A stretch of 63,661 bases of DNA, filler included, from Lenisia limosa (Eukaryota; Protista; Breviatea): the NCBI GenBank assembly GCA_001655205.1. It is 8 parts of 8 records of this genome, joined end to end, with 100 filler letters (N's around TTAATTAATTAA, not from the genome) between each part and the next. Parts side by side here need not be neighbours in the genome. Positions count along the whole stretch, not along the records: positions 1 to 11,879 come from LPNZ01009835.1; positions 11,980 to 28,866 come from LPNZ01009286.1; 6 more parts are not named here. One strand, given 5' to 3'. The notes under the pieces were generated by a model that worked only from the letters and a program-made list of their open reading frames with translations, ran no database searches and was not told the DNA's origin. Of this stretch, positions 1 to 12,987 are shown piece after piece. A program made the translations under genes and the position numbers. Position 1 is the stretch's first letter; every line of letters begins with the position of its first letter.

Positions 1-253
1 AACCTAGGGAAACAAGTGGTTTAACAGCAAGTATCAGGGGATCTAACAGGTTGTGTTCAATATATTTATAATAAAAGGATAAATATAACGAAATAATATG
101 CGTGCGTTGATACTATATGTCCATAAATCATATATACAGTGTACATATCTCTTATATGTATATTCAACTTACTATAATTTGGTAGTAGAATATACTATAG
201 CTTTAATAAAACAAGGTTACATCTGGCTATTGGACATAGGTTACCCACGCTAC

Positions 254-2564
254 CTGTAGTCTTTTCTCTGTTGTTGCTTGAGGAGCCTGATTTCTTTGTC
301 CCACTGTTGTTCCAGAGCCTCTATGTCCCTGTGGGTAAGGTAAAATCGGAAAATGGTGGGGGGTAGGCGACAATGGAAAATGGTATGAACCAAAAAACAA
401 AGCCAGAACCAAACTCTGTTGTCTAGTATTCGAGGGCAAAAAACAACAAAACAAACAACGACCACATCCCATCACTTAAAAATGGAAAAATTATGTGGGG
501 GGGGGGGAGCAAGAAAAATGAGCTAATTACAGTATTTCGTTATTCTCTCAAGANNNNNNNNNNNNNNNNNNNNNNNNNNNNNNNNNNNNNNNNNNNNNNN
601 NNNNNNNNNNNNNNNNNNNNNNNNNNNNNNNNNNNNNNNNNNNNNNNNNNNNNNNNNTAGTAATGCCCGCCCACTGGACTTGTTTGGACACAAGCGTGGC
701 TAACGCATCTCCATTATTCTGCGAGTTAGATTGTTTCAAGAAGCACAATGTAATACCCATCATATCACTTTTTGGAGCATTTTAACACTTTCTGGAGCAT
801 TTTAACACTTTTTATTTCATAATATCATTATTACTACATTTTAACACTTCTCACAAACATTACCACATACCCACAAAACATTACTCACCCCCCCCNNNNN
901 NNNNNNNNNNNNNNNNNNNNNNNNNNNNNNNNNNNNNNNNNNNNNNNNNNNNNNNNNNNNNNNNNNNNNNNNNNNNNNNNNNNNNNNNNNNNNNNNNNNN
1001 NNNNNNNNNNNNNNNNNNNNNNNNNNNNNNNNNNNNNNNNNNNNNNNNNNNNNNNNNNNNNNNNNNNNNNNNNNNNNNNNNNNNNNNNNNNNNNNNNNNN
1101 NNNNNNNNNNNNNNNNNNNNNNNNNNNNNNNNNNNNNNNNNNNNNNNNNNNNNNNNNNNNNNNNNTATAAAATAATAGTAATAATAAAAAAAACAAAAAC
1201 AATATTAATAAAGATAAAAAACTATGAAAAATATCGACTGAGCTTTATCTTGAGTCAATCCTACCAGGACTTATCGTGGTCACTGTGAATGTATGCACCC
1301 ATTGACCAACATACATAATATATACAGTGACCGGGATAAGTCTTGGCCGATTTTGCTTGGGAAATCACATAGCAAATCGGTCAAGACTTATCCCGGTCAC
1401 TGTATACCATATCTGCCCCCCCCCCCCCCCNNNNNNNNNNNNNNNNNNNNNNNNNNNNNNNNNNNNNNNNNNNNNNNNNNNNNNNNNNNNNNNNNNNNNN
1501 NNNNNNNNNNNNNNNNNNNNNNNNNNNNNNNNNNNNNNNNNNNNNNNNNNNNNNNNNNNNNNNNNNNNNNNNNNNNNNNNNNNNNNNNNNNNNNNNNNNN
1601 NNNNNNNNNNNNNNNNNNNNNNNCATTGTTGGATGTTTACGGCGGCGGCCTTGGTATCGAAAACTGCGTTATTAGTTCCCGGGTAATTCGTGGATTGTAC
1701 AGTGACCAGGATAAGTCTTGACCGATTTGCTATGCGATTTCACAAGGAAAATAGGTCAACACTTATCTCGGTCACTGTATCTGTGTCTCCCGCATCCTCC
1801 GCTCACCATCTATAGAACCATCACAGTGGTGATAGCTGTCAATAAGGCTTTTGTTGCACAAATGCACAAGGTCATCACTTAGCTCACAGGGCAACTTTTT
1901 TACCTGGTGTGTGAAAATATGGGAATGTAGAAAGAGTGTAAGAGAGCAGGGGGAGGGGGGGGACCTAATATTATGCAGGAGTCATCGGTAATGATTGTTA
2001 TCAGCTTCATATATCATCTATATTATTATTATTACATCAATTAAGGATGTAATTTGGAAAACTAAAAAAATTTGTCGATCGCTAATGAGTTCAAATTGGG
2101 ATTACGTTTTTTAACTCAACGAGCTCTATTGTATCAGGACCCAAAAGCGGAGACGTGTCCAAAGAGTATTTCGGTGAAAAAGGCTGTACAGACGTTCAAA
2201 AGCATCCCAGAATAGGGTTATTGATAGACAAAACCAGATCAATAATAATGAGTTATGCGGATAACACAGAGTTGAGAAATATCCATGAGGTGGAGAGGTA
2301 TTGTTTTTGAATGGAGAAACAAAAGAGGGGCCAAGTGGAAACCTCAATGAGATTGAACGCAGAAGACCAATGAAATTCACTGTGGTCGTTGGAAAAATGC
2401 ATATCATAAGGGAGCATAATCATAGAGCCAACCAGTATCAAGGAGCACAATTAAGCTGCCAAAAACATAACTGTCAAAAAGGTGTCCATAATGCTCACCA
2501 GTAAAAAGGAGTTGACTGCCTCTTCGGTGTCGTCACCCTTTTTCAAGTCAAATGTCACCGAAAT
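254..2564 (-). CDS. Partial multi-exon gene, tentatively C12orf4/DUF2362 (FERRY3)-like
   Basis: Exons 2564-2499 (ISVTFDLKKGDDTEEAVNSFLL), from 1903 (VKKLPCELSDDLVHL) and 328-254 (DIEALEQQWDKEIRLLKQQQRKDYR) resemble remembered DUF2362 motifs. The family call is by eye only, and the start exon is unresolved. Confidence 0.4.
1325..1402. mobile_element. 78-bp MITE, family C (Tc1/mariner-type ends TA|CAGTG...CACTG|TA)
   Basis: Near-perfect inverted arms CAGTGACCGGGATAAGTCTTG / CAAGACTTATCCCGGTCACTG, flanked by TA on both sides. Confidence 0.8.
1700..1777. mobile_element. 78-bp MITE, family C, second copy (partial third copy at 28666-28729)
   Basis: Same length and termini as 1325-1402, opposite internal orientation, TA flanks. 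Confidence 0.8.
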
Positions 2565-3449
2565 CTGAAGAGTAATGAGGTTGTTTCAATGCACACAACT
2601 ATATAGTACGAAATGATTATGCGTCGTTAAACTGCAACTTATCTCATATAGAGTAGTCGAAATATGAAGAGTCATTCGTTCCTTCTATCCTTATGTTTAT
2701 GTATACCATAAATAAGTACATAATGATGCATCGTAAATGTGTTCAGAGCAAGAAAATTCTCTTTTTGAGAATGGTACATACTCCATATAGAGAGCTGAGA
2801 AAACAAGGGTGTATCTGACCGAAGGCGTTCACACCATCAAAAGAGATATATAATATAGATTCATGCATAAGTCCCTGGGTATTTGCCCATACCAACCTCA
2901 GAACTACTGACCCAAAAAGTGAGACAAACAGTACCAGGGCGCAGCACCTTCATGGCCCTGATCTAGAGCCGTGTTCTTCTTCCTCTTTATCACTGAATTC
3001 TTCTTTTTGAATAAATATCTTTACTTGAAGCTATGTAAATGATGAATATCTGAATCAACTTCCACGTTTTAAGGACAGCTTTGAGAATGAATCTATTAGA
3101 AAGCAGGCAAGAAGAGGAAAGTCGTAGCGGGCCCAATTCCGCTGCTAAAGTCAGAGAATTTTCAATAATGAATAAAAAGAAGGTTTTTAAAAGAGGTAAT
3201 TAGCTGCTGGAAGAGGTGTGGATCCTGGGTGAACGGGAAAAGGAACTACGGCAGCGTAGTTCCTTTTGTGTTGGATCTTACCTCAGGCATCGCTTTTTGC
3301 ACCTTTACCACTTCTCCATATCCACATAAGATAGATTGATAAAGATCCGCAGAGAAATACCAAAAAAAAGCGTTTGCACCTCTTAGCCACCTGCTTCTCC
3401 CATTGATCTCATCCCATCACTCTTCGTTCAGCACTAATACAGATACATC

Positions 3450-5556
3450 ATGGGAAGAACAAGAAAACACATTAACGCTGAGGTTTTGAACGTGTTTCCC
3501 GTTCCTTCTGCAGAGGACAATCTCTTCCTTGGCCAAGTGAAGGGAGTTAGAGGAGGAGGTCTCTTCGATGTTGATGTTGCTGGTGGGNNNNNNNNNNNNN
3601 NNNNNNNNNNNNNNNNNNNNNNNNNNNNNNNNNNNNNNNNNNNNNNNNNNNNNNNNNNNNNNNNNNNNNNNNNNNNNNNNNNNNNNNNNNNNNNNNNNNN
3701 NNNNNNNNTTGATAGTGAGGGATGTAATAATATTGCTGAGGGGAGAGAGGGAGAGCGATATTTCTTCTGTTGGTTATGGAGGGAGGGAAGAGGAGGGAGG
3801 AGGAGATGATGGGAGGGTTATTGATGATGGGGATTTTTGATAGTGCTGAATTTTGTTAGTTTCACCCCCCCCCCCTCTTTTTTTTTGTNNNNNNNNNNNN
3901 NNNNNNNNNNNNNNNNNNNNNNNNNNNNNNNNNNNNNNNNNNNNNNNNNNNNNNNNNNNNNNNNNNNNNNNNNNNNNNNNNNNNNNNNNNNNNNNNNNNN
4001 NNNNNNNNNNNNNNNNNNNNNNNNNNNNNNNNNNNNNNNNNNNNNNNNNNNNNNNNNNNNNNNNNNNNNNNNNNNNNNNNNNNNNNNNNNNNNNNNNNNN
4101 NNNNNNNNNNNNNNNNNNNNNNNNNNNTTCAGCTGCCTTCAAAGTTCAAGAACCTGATTTTTGTCAAAAGAGGTTCGAAATGAATCAATCTCATTATTTA
4201 TTATTTTCATCGGCCAGATAAAACCTATTTTTTTGATTTTTTTATATATCATATATTATATATACTACATATATTATGGGTACTCCTGGAAAGAGGCTAT
4301 GCTGTATCAGATAGATATTTAGGTTTTGATTTCTCATCGCTATATTATTAAAATTTTATTTTCATTATATTATTTATGTTGTTTGTTTGTGTGTCGCTAT
4401 TCAACATAGCATATACACATACATCTATAAGAAGCCATATCCACGAGTGATATTCACATGTGTGAACATGAAACAAAAAGTGATATGATAATACGACACT
4501 CCGGTACGTAAAATATCGGGAAAATATTGAAATATATCGATGATCCTTCGAGAAATTCAGTCATTTTCCGGATCGGATTGAATCCCTTAAGATGCCATTT
4601 TTAGTTCATTGAGATTGAAACGACCCAACATGATACTGATCGTTTTAGGCGACTATGTACTGATTGAGCACTTTGACGACGTGGAAAAAACTGTCAGAGG
4701 GGCGGGGAGAGGGGTCAGTTCAATAGAATGTACATTATTGTTATTAAATAGCTAAAATCTTATACAGTATGATACATGGTAATGGTTGGCTTTTTGAGTC
4801 CCAATTTAAACCCTTGAAAAATAGCAGTATACATCATATTGTCCCACAAAAACGGACTTTGTAACTTGTGAACGGCGTGTCTCGTGTCAGTGGGATCATT
4901 AACTCTGTTTAACCGCCGGAGCGTTTCTGATCATATGACCTACATTCGAGTCGAAATGATCATAGTTTCAATAGAGACCTTCCTGTTAACAATAAACTAT
5001 CTCATGAACAAAACCTATTTAGCTAACCCTTCAGGTGAACGGGCGCATTGAAAACATTTTATATGGTCCTCAGGTCAAACACATCAAAAAGGAGGGAAAA
5101 TGGTAGGAGTCCTGTTGTTTTGTTTTTTGTTCGCTTTTCGATATTTAACACTTTGATAAGCCCCCCCCCCCCAATGCTATTTTTAACAGCCCAGGCCGGC
5201 AGTGTTTGAAGATGAGGGTTCATCCGAAAACTCCGATGATGGGGGGCTCGGAGAGAATCCCAATAGACGACGAGCGATTGTGCAGTTGGGAGGGTGGGAT
5301 TTTTAAGGAACAGAACTTATCAATGTATCTATTAACTCAAGAAAAAGTTACACATTCTGATAGGATAAGACATGTGAATGTGGTCCAAAACGACCAAAAA
5401 TATCGATATTTATCGAGGTTTTATAGATATTGAGTCTTTTTTGGACCATAGGCCCAATTTTTGTTTGTCAACTCTCTGCATGTTACCCCATGTTTATATT
5501 CCAGGTCATCAGACTCAGAATCGGACTCTTCTGAAAGCGACAGCGATGATGAATAA
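3450..5556 (+). CDS. EIF1AD: Probable RNA-binding protein EIF1AD (eIF1A-like OB fold), multi-exon
   Basis: Spliced peptide MGRTRKHINAEVLNVFPVP...GLFDVDV; LPSKFKNLIFVKRG (to 4171); DYVLIEHF (from 4649); VNGRIENILYGPQVKHIKKEGKW (5035-5102); PAVF...NPNRRR (from 5195); acidic tail to TAA 5556. Matches the EIF1AD motif order. Confidence 0.88.
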
Positions 5557-5834
5557 ATGTAAAGTATGGGGTATTTAGAACAGGTATATTTCGCAATAGA
5601 ATTCTTCTCAGGTATCTAACTTGGGCGTATTTGATTTTGTCAGTATTGAAAAAAAACGGGGTAATTATACTCACCAGGGCTTCCCCGGGTCCAAAAGGAT
5701 CCATAATATTGATATTAGTCTTTTTGGAACCGGAAGTGAAGCTCCTCTTTTTCAGTAACAGCAGGAAGCCTTAATAGGGAATCTATTACATTGACTAATA
5801 TACAACAAATTTGACTAACAACAAACAATAAGGA

Positions 5835-8043
5835 TTAATCCAGAAACTCCGGTGAAACTTCGAACAGGTCCTCAACACTCGAAAATACTGGGTCGGGCGT
5901 GGGGCTCCTATGAACAATATGGTCTTTAGAAGCTGGATGCTGGGGCGGGGGTGAAATGGGATTGTGTTGTGGTAGAGAATTTTCATTGTTTTCTGGGATT
6001 GCAATATTTTCGCTATTTTCGTCATTTGGTGGGTTTTCTGACGTGGTGTTGCTTGAAAATTGAGATACGGCCTTCCATCGGTCACCAAGGGGGATCTCGG
6101 GTGTATCGGGAGCCGGGGGCGGCTTGGGCTTGGCTGGCTTCTTTTTTGGTGCCGGGAGGTCTGGGACCGGGCATTGTAGGATGCCGGCAACTCGATGAAT
6201 TAGCTCGGGCCGCGTGCCAGTTACCTGATTTGGTAAGTTGCCTTTTGGGGACTTATGTATAATACCTGTGATAGTAATAGTAATTGAAAACTATGAGGGT
6301 ATTTGCTCATAATATTGAGATAATATGATGTAGTATAATGAAAAAAGTTTCCCCTTGGATTTTGATACAAATACACAGTTATACTATGATCATAGTATTA
6401 ACAAATCATTTACGATATGATAAACAGATACTGGTATGGGCCTTGTCGGTCGGATTTCCAAAGGAAATTCGGCCAAAACTTATCACGGTCAGCTTATAAA
6501 TGTAGCAGCTGACCTTCTGTTTCCTTTCCTTGAGGAAGGCCTTCAGATCCCTCACAGTAGCCTTCACCAAATTGTCTTTAGTTACCTCTGCAGCCTGTTT
6601 TTTTGGCTTCGGAGCGGGTTTTATGGTTGAAGGTGGGGTGACGCTCGGGGCGTCAGGAGTGGTAACAGGGGTGGTAGCAATGGCGTTGGTTGCCAAGAGA
6701 GGCGCATTTTGAGCTGGTGGTGGCTTGGTTGGTTGAGAAGTAGTAGATGGTTGAGTGTGTGGGGTGATGGCAACAGCAGGTGACGAATCCGGCTTTGAGA
6801 TTGTTGGAGAGTCTGGCTTTGGTGGAGAGTCTGGTTTTGGTGGAGAGTCTGGTTTTGGTGGAGAGTCTGGTTTTGAGATTGGTGGAGAGTCTGGTTTTGG
6901 TGGAGAGTCTGGTTTTGAGATTGGTGGAGAGTCTGTCTTGGGGATTTGGTTGAGCTGAATAGGCTTCGGGGTGGGTATTGGCTTTGTGGGAAGCGTTGAC
7001 TCGGATGCCAGTAGTGACCCAACTGAAGGTATGGGCGATGTCGAATGAGGTTCTGACTCTCTTGTGATTCGGGAGGGCTGAGATGAGACAATCGGTCTTG
7101 ACGGCGGAGGTACTTTCCTGATAGGCTGTTGTTTTGGAGTCTGAGCAATTACGGGCGGCACTCTTTGCTGCGTGTCTGTTTTTGGTACAAATGTGCGGGG
7201 GCGGTTTTGGACCAAGTGCGGAAGAGCTGTCTTGGGGGGAATAGGTGGGGTTGATACTTGGGCGTTTGGAGCCGAGGTAACGACGTTTTGGGGGATAACT
7301 GGCTTGAATTGTGTTTTCTGGTATAGTTAGGTTAAATGAGGAATGATGCTTTTACTGTCAAATATGGTCGTAAACATCTTGACTGCATGACTGGTAGAGT
7401 AATTTCGTACAAATGCGTATGATACACATAGCTATCACTAGGAATCTAAATATTTACAAAATACTTTTCGCGACAGCACTTTCTAATTGAAATCTCAATT
7501 GAAAACACAACATTTGCCAGAGTTCTTAAGTAATGTCATTGTCTTACCTGGGGTGGAGGCACCACTGCAGTTCTCTTTGCGTACGAGAAGTTACCGAGTT
7601 TGATTTTGCGAACTAAATTCAGTGAATACAAATTATGTGGAAAAATTTGGCTAAACCAGAAGTGAACTTGTTCTTTGATTCCAAAAAGAAAGAATAAAAC
7701 TTACCGTTAATTGAATACAGTATAAATCAGTATCAATCAATATTTCAAATAATTAGGAAACAAAAAAGGTTCTTCTTTTTACAGTAATTGAATTGTGTTT
7801 TACTTCACTTGCTGCAGTTCCAAAAGAAGGCTAAATCTCGATATTTTTTGAGAAGTGGTTTTTAGAATTGAAAAAATTTTGGAACTACAAATTGATCACT
7901 ATTGTTTTTGAGTCTAATATAATCTTCACCTTACTTTCTCTATCCTGATTAATAAAAGCCTACCTGAGGGAGGAATAACCACGGGGGCGTCTTTTTTGAC
8001 GGTTTTCAAGATCGAAGACGACTTCATCACATTCTCTGAAGCT
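5835..8043 (-). CDS. Pro/Ser-rich protein with SAP DNA-binding motif and PKPDSP tandem repeats
   Basis: Large exon (ORF 6406-7215) ends ATVRDLKAFLKERKQK and splices to VTGTRPELIHRV, forming a SAP motif. 18-nt coding repeats at ~6790-6925; TAA at 5835. The 5' extent is uncertain. Confidence 0.7.
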
Positions 8044-8169
8044 GGACGGGTAAAACTCTCATTATTTTTTGGGACCTATCAGGATAATCACAATATTCAG
8101 TTTTGTAACGGTTTATATCACCAATGAGAAAATAATGTCTTAGGCTGATATTAAAACGACCAGTTTTTA

Positions 8170-10782
8170 TAACCTCCACCAACAGAGAGACATCATTGTC
8201 AAGTCGTCTACATTTTCAAGCCCGATAAATGTAAATAGTGGCCTGTTTCTGAAGGTGTGAGAACTATCGGTTATGGATAACTGAAATAAAAATGAAGAGA
8301 TACAATTCCATTTCTTTCTCCTGGCCATTCCATCATACTGGAAAACGGTTATTGCACTCATTCTTTCAAGGGCTCTCGAACGGATTCCTAAGGAGAGGCC
8401 TGATTTGGTTAAATACATTTATTAATATAATGCCTTTGTGTAATTAATGTTAAAAGTTACAACATTTGAAATGAGTTCCCATGACAGTCGGTCTCATATT
8501 AATTGCATGGAGTCAATATTGAATGGTTCATGACCTATATTTCTTGTCGTATTACTCACTTCCATCATATTTTCCTAAATATCAAAGGTCATCTGGTCTC
8601 AGTATCAATTGTGGTTGACCTGTGAATATACCCTTACTAATTCAGAGGGAGGTGTGTTCATATCTCTACTTTTGATATATTACGGTCAATGGTCACAAAT
8701 AACAGAGTCAATAGTACACAATATGATTTTTAAATAGGTTATGTATGTACAGTGACCACGCTTCCTGACACAATTACATTAAGATACAATGTGTCAACTT
8801 ATTGTGGTCTCTATGCTATAAGTTAGGACTTATGTTGTCAGTGTATAAAGCTCAATAGCCGTGTCAGTTCGTGGGCAGTGTATACTATGACTGTTCTATA
8901 CCTTTCGTTCGTCTTTTGTCTTCATAGTCAATAGTATGTGGCCAGACACATGAAAGGGGGTAACTGAATAAATAAAAAAAAAACACCAAGAAAGATTCTT
9001 CCTGAATGTGGTAAATAACAACAAACAATATTGCATATTATTGATACGTACAGAACAAAAAAATGTTGTTACATGATAAGGAAGTCTACTATATTTCAAA
9101 CCTCAATTCTGAACCAAAACCAGGACGCATGGTGAAACGAACAGTGATCCACTTTAGAACTGGGGTGGGTATTTCGTAGCCATGCTGAGAGATTAGTTGT
9201 TGCAAGAAAATTTCCTGTTTACCCGTTTGATTTAGTAAACAGAATTACCAAAGTTGACATGCTTACAGTTGTAAACCAGTAGTCTCTATAGCTGTCTTCA
9301 TTGGGGAATGTTGACGAAGTTATTGCATCAACCGATGAATGTACTTTACTAATCCTAAAGAGCATGACAAATTAGGGTTAAAACTGTCCGAGTGCTATTA
9401 TCATGTAATTGGTTTATCCTTGGATACCAATGACTTTCTATTATAGTTTTATATGCAAAATTTGCTATCTTACCATGCCTTTTTGAGAGATGGAAGAATG
9501 AACACAGGAATAGGGCTCTCCTCATAATCGTGAGTCGCATCAGGTAGAGCCTTTGTTCGGTATCTTAAAGAGTGATATATTTAGTATAGGACTTCTAAAA
9601 CATTTTAATATACTATCAAACCATAGAAGTATTAATGACATGTCTATGATAAACAGTATAGCTTTTTCTCCCTTTACCTTGAAACTTGTGAGGTCAGAGA
9701 AATGAGAAGTTGAGAAGATCCTGAGAGGTATTGGGTGGACTACTATAATCAATAGCTATCGACAATTTGTCATCAAATGAGAATACCTTCTTGAGTGAAT
9801 TATCAAATCATACCAAAAATAACATTTACTTGTTAGTGTTGCTTTGTGGTATTCTTTATTCACAACCTCCAACACTTTAATAAGAAGAGGCTTACTATGC
9901 TTAGCAAATTTAGCTGATGAGGGATTTCACCTTGGCATGCCAAAAAGGACTGCCCATTCTCAAGAAGGTAGTTACCCACCTGAATAATAAAATGGAAACC
10001 ATCAATTTGGATGACAATATTCCAGAATTTAGATACAATTGATTTTATAAATTTTCAAGTTACACTCACCGTGATGTAAGAGTGATTTGTTGCGAAATAA
10101 GACTTTATTTTAAAGACGATGGCTTGCGTAAAATTCCTGCGGAGGTAAATTTTAATTTTATTAACATTATCAAAGAAATATACCAGCTAGCTTACTGAAT
10201 TGAAACTTCATCACCAGGAAATACGCGTAAATCGGGGTTAGCCAGGGTTTTAGTGATTTGTTTTTGAATAGATTGAATACTGTGCCTCTACAAAGAAAAT
10301 GAGTGAAAGTAAACAAAAAAATAAATATCAGCACTTACCTCGACTAGGACGATAACTTTTGTTCTTTCATGGCTGGTTAAACAGTTGAATTTCTGCGAAA
10401 TACTCCTTGCAAGGTTGGAGAAGTACGTTGGCATTTTATTTTGACAATGGGTCACGACAAGCTGTCCGAGCTGAGAAGGATGACAGTTGACACGGCATTG
10501 GTGGGTGGATGGCTTCTCATAATCCACTTCGCTAAGGTTTAGTGGGGGAGGAAGTGGACCAAAAGAGTTGAGCTTCGGGTCAAGAGCGTTGTTGAACTTC
10601 TGCTTTGAAGACTTCTTCTTCTTTCCATCACCCAAACTTCTTGGCCGGCTAATGTCATTCTTGGAGAGAAGCGATCCCGATGGGAGATTGTCGGACTTCT
10701 TTTTGGCCCATTGAAATGGATCAGGTGTTGTTGGTTGTGATGCTGCAAAACGCGAGGGAAATTGTGCGGTGGCTTGGAACAT
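8170..10782 (-). CDS. Hypothetical multi-exon coding region, possibly the 5' part of the SAP gene
   Basis: ATG-initiated ORF 10782-10340 ending at a GTAAG donor, followed by several short open segments with acceptor/donor signals. No recognisable domain. Confidence 0.4.
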
Positions 10783-11096
10783 GAGAGGAATTGACTGTGG
10801 GGAGTGGGATGCTATTTGTCAAATGTCACTTTGTTTTTCTTCAAAGTCTACATACCAGACGATTTGTTTTCGATTTGTTTATGATAATATTACAAATTAA
10901 TTCTGACCCAATCACTCTTAATCATTATTCCGTGTCTAGTAATAAGGGGAGAAGAAATGTCTGTCAACATTATCCGCCGCCGGGATCAATATTGTTTTGC
11001 GACCATTGATGTAATTTATAAATTTGCAATATATTCACATTTTACTACACACTATAACCTTTGACATTACTAAATTCAATTTAATCATCTTCCAGC

Positions 11097-11511
11097 GACC
11101 AAAGACAAGTTCATTTTATCACCCAGTGTTATATCCTATATAAATCAAAATTCATTACCAAAATTCCCTGATGTGTCCAAAATGATGACTTCTGATATGA
11201 TTTTAAAGTTAATAAACCAGAATGCTGTGATAAGAAGCGATAAATGGCAAGGGTTTGTTAAGTACACCCCGTATAAGGGCACCACCCAGCCCTCCAGTAG
11301 TCTAAAGAAGGAATCTAAGAAGGAAAAACTAGTTGCGCAAGAAGCCGCCGCCTCAGATGCCGTTTCCAGCCCTGATCCCGTCACACCAGTCACCCCTAGT
11401 GCCCCTGACTCATCACCAGCTACCAGGGCTATCAACAAATCAAAACCGAAAGGTATGACAGCTGAGTTGGTATCTTACATCAATGATGAGCTACGTTCTA
11501 CTTGTAGATTG
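11097..11511 (+). CDS. Exon of hypothetical protein, truncated at contig end
   Basis: Open frame of ~138 codons between a CAG acceptor and a GTAAA donor. Confidence 0.5.
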
Positions 11512-11879
11512 GTAAAAATGTCTTTTACCTTTTCTGTATTCAGCACTTTGCTGTATCTCTAGACCTGTTTTTTTATTTTGTGGGGAGTATTAAAATGTTT
11601 GAGAATAAGTCAGGGAATACCTGATACAGGATTTTAGGGTGAAGCCTAGGATGAGTATAGATACTAAAGTATATATAATATATATATTCCTACTAAGTGA
11701 AGCATAACATCATTGCGACTTTTATTGGGTCATTTTCTCTTACCAGTCGTGTGATAGTTGACTGGTCAGTCTCTATCATGATTTCGACTAAAATGTCATG
11801 CATATAATTGATCAAGTTTTATTTTCATTTCTATAATTATATATGTACATATATGATATACTATACAATATTTTGTTCT

Positions 11880-11979
11880 NNNNNNNNNNNNNNNNNNNNN
11901 NNNNNNNNNNNNNNNNNNNNNNNTTAATTAATTAANNNNNNNNNNNNNNNNNNNNNNNNNNNNNNNNNNNNNNNNNNNN
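11880..11979. other. Artificial contig-joining spacer N44-TTAATTAATTAA-N44 (also 28867-28966, 48058-48157, 51558-51657, 53913-54012, 60947-61046, 62162-62261)
   Basis: Seven identical 100-nt blocks with a central 12-mer that has stop codons in all six frames. Genes are truncated at these blocks. Confidence 0.97.
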
Positions 11980-12037
11980 CTCGAACCACGGACCTCACGC
12001 TTACTAAGCGTGCGCACTACCACTATGCTAATCCGGC
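11980..12037 (-). tRNA. tRNA-Thr(AGT), 3' end cut by contig edge
   Basis: GCCGGAT TA GCATAGTGGTAGTGC G CACGC TT-AGT-AA GCGTG AGGTC CGTGG TTCGAG: D arm, anticodon arm and T-loop are intact. Confidence 0.93.
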
Positions 12038-12131
12038 TTTACTCGACGCAGTTCCAATTCACATCCGATCATAGTTTTTATATTCATATTTTTTCAAAAG
12101 CTGTTTATATGATTAGGTGAATAAAACGGTT

Positions 12132-12400
12132 TGCACTCCAAGTGCCCAGATCACCCGCCGCGTCACCACAGAAGTAATCACCGTCCCCGCCGCCTCGCTC
12201 TAGTCTGTTTACCCGCTGCCCAGACCGCCCACCACCCCGCTCCAGAAGAGATCACCCGTCCACTCCGCCGCCGCTCTCCTATGTATCTTTTTTATCTTTG
12301 TTATATTAAATGTTTATACGATAAATACATTTTTTGTCTTTTCAAAAAAGCTATTTACTGAATGTTTTTCGATAAATACATTTCTTGTCCTTTCAAAAAA
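12132..12400. repeat. tRNA-upstream GC-rich element, copy 1
   Basis: Alignable end to end with 22886-23113; begins TGCACTC 94 bp upstream of tRNA-Thr; its AT-rich tail is internally duplicated. Confidence 0.85.
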
Positions 12401-12987
12401 CAAATTTGTGGCAGCCCCTGGTGACAAAATCTTCCGCACCTTAGTCCTCTCTAATCATCATTGTATTTTTTTTTTTTGTATAGTTTCGTTTCTCTTTTCT
12501 TCTTTTANNNNNNNNNNNNNNNNNNNNNNNNNNGCAAAAAAAAAAATCAAAAAATTTCAAAACGAGCATAAATAATCGCCGTTTAAGGAGCGTTAATAAG
12601 GTTGAACACTAGCATGTTTGATAGTCTTCACAAAAATTCAACCCAATTTACTGTATTCAATTGTATTTTTAAGAAGCCTTAGTCTTCTTAAAAATACGTT
12701 TTTCATCATTTGGTAATTTGTTTAAAAAGCAAGTCCATGAAAGTAGACAATTATGCTGATTACTCAAAAAAAAACTGAACTGAACTAAGCCAATTTGCAT
12801 CTCAAATCACACAAGCAAAAGATCCTTTCAGAATTTAATGCATAGTTCTTTACAATTGATTTTTCTCCTTACAGTTAGCTGCTAAAACCCACCAAAGAGC
12901 TAAAACATTACATAATTTGCATAATGAAAAAAGATAAAATCAGATGAAACAAAGTAGTCAGAAAATAGAGATTAGTACACCTCAGTA

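Noticed and set aside
2340-2564. Hydrophobic minus-strand frame interrupted by a single TAA (2451-2453), suggesting TAA=Gln recoding
   Set aside because: All of the roughly 25 Gln codons decoded in the hydrogenase are CAA/CAG. Genes end in TAA (EIF1AD, SAP, CCDC77, Shisa-like), TAG (TOE1) and TGA (Fic, EamA). A GTGAG donor at 2498 explains the region as intron.
11924-11935. Recurring TTAATTAATTAA motif as a biological signal
   Set aside because: Always centred in exactly 44+44 Ns; it is an assembly concatenation linker.
12132-12330. Definite solo-LTR call for the tRNA-upstream element (TG...CA ends)
   Set aside because: Homology continues past the candidate CA, and no convincing 4-5 bp TSD is present.
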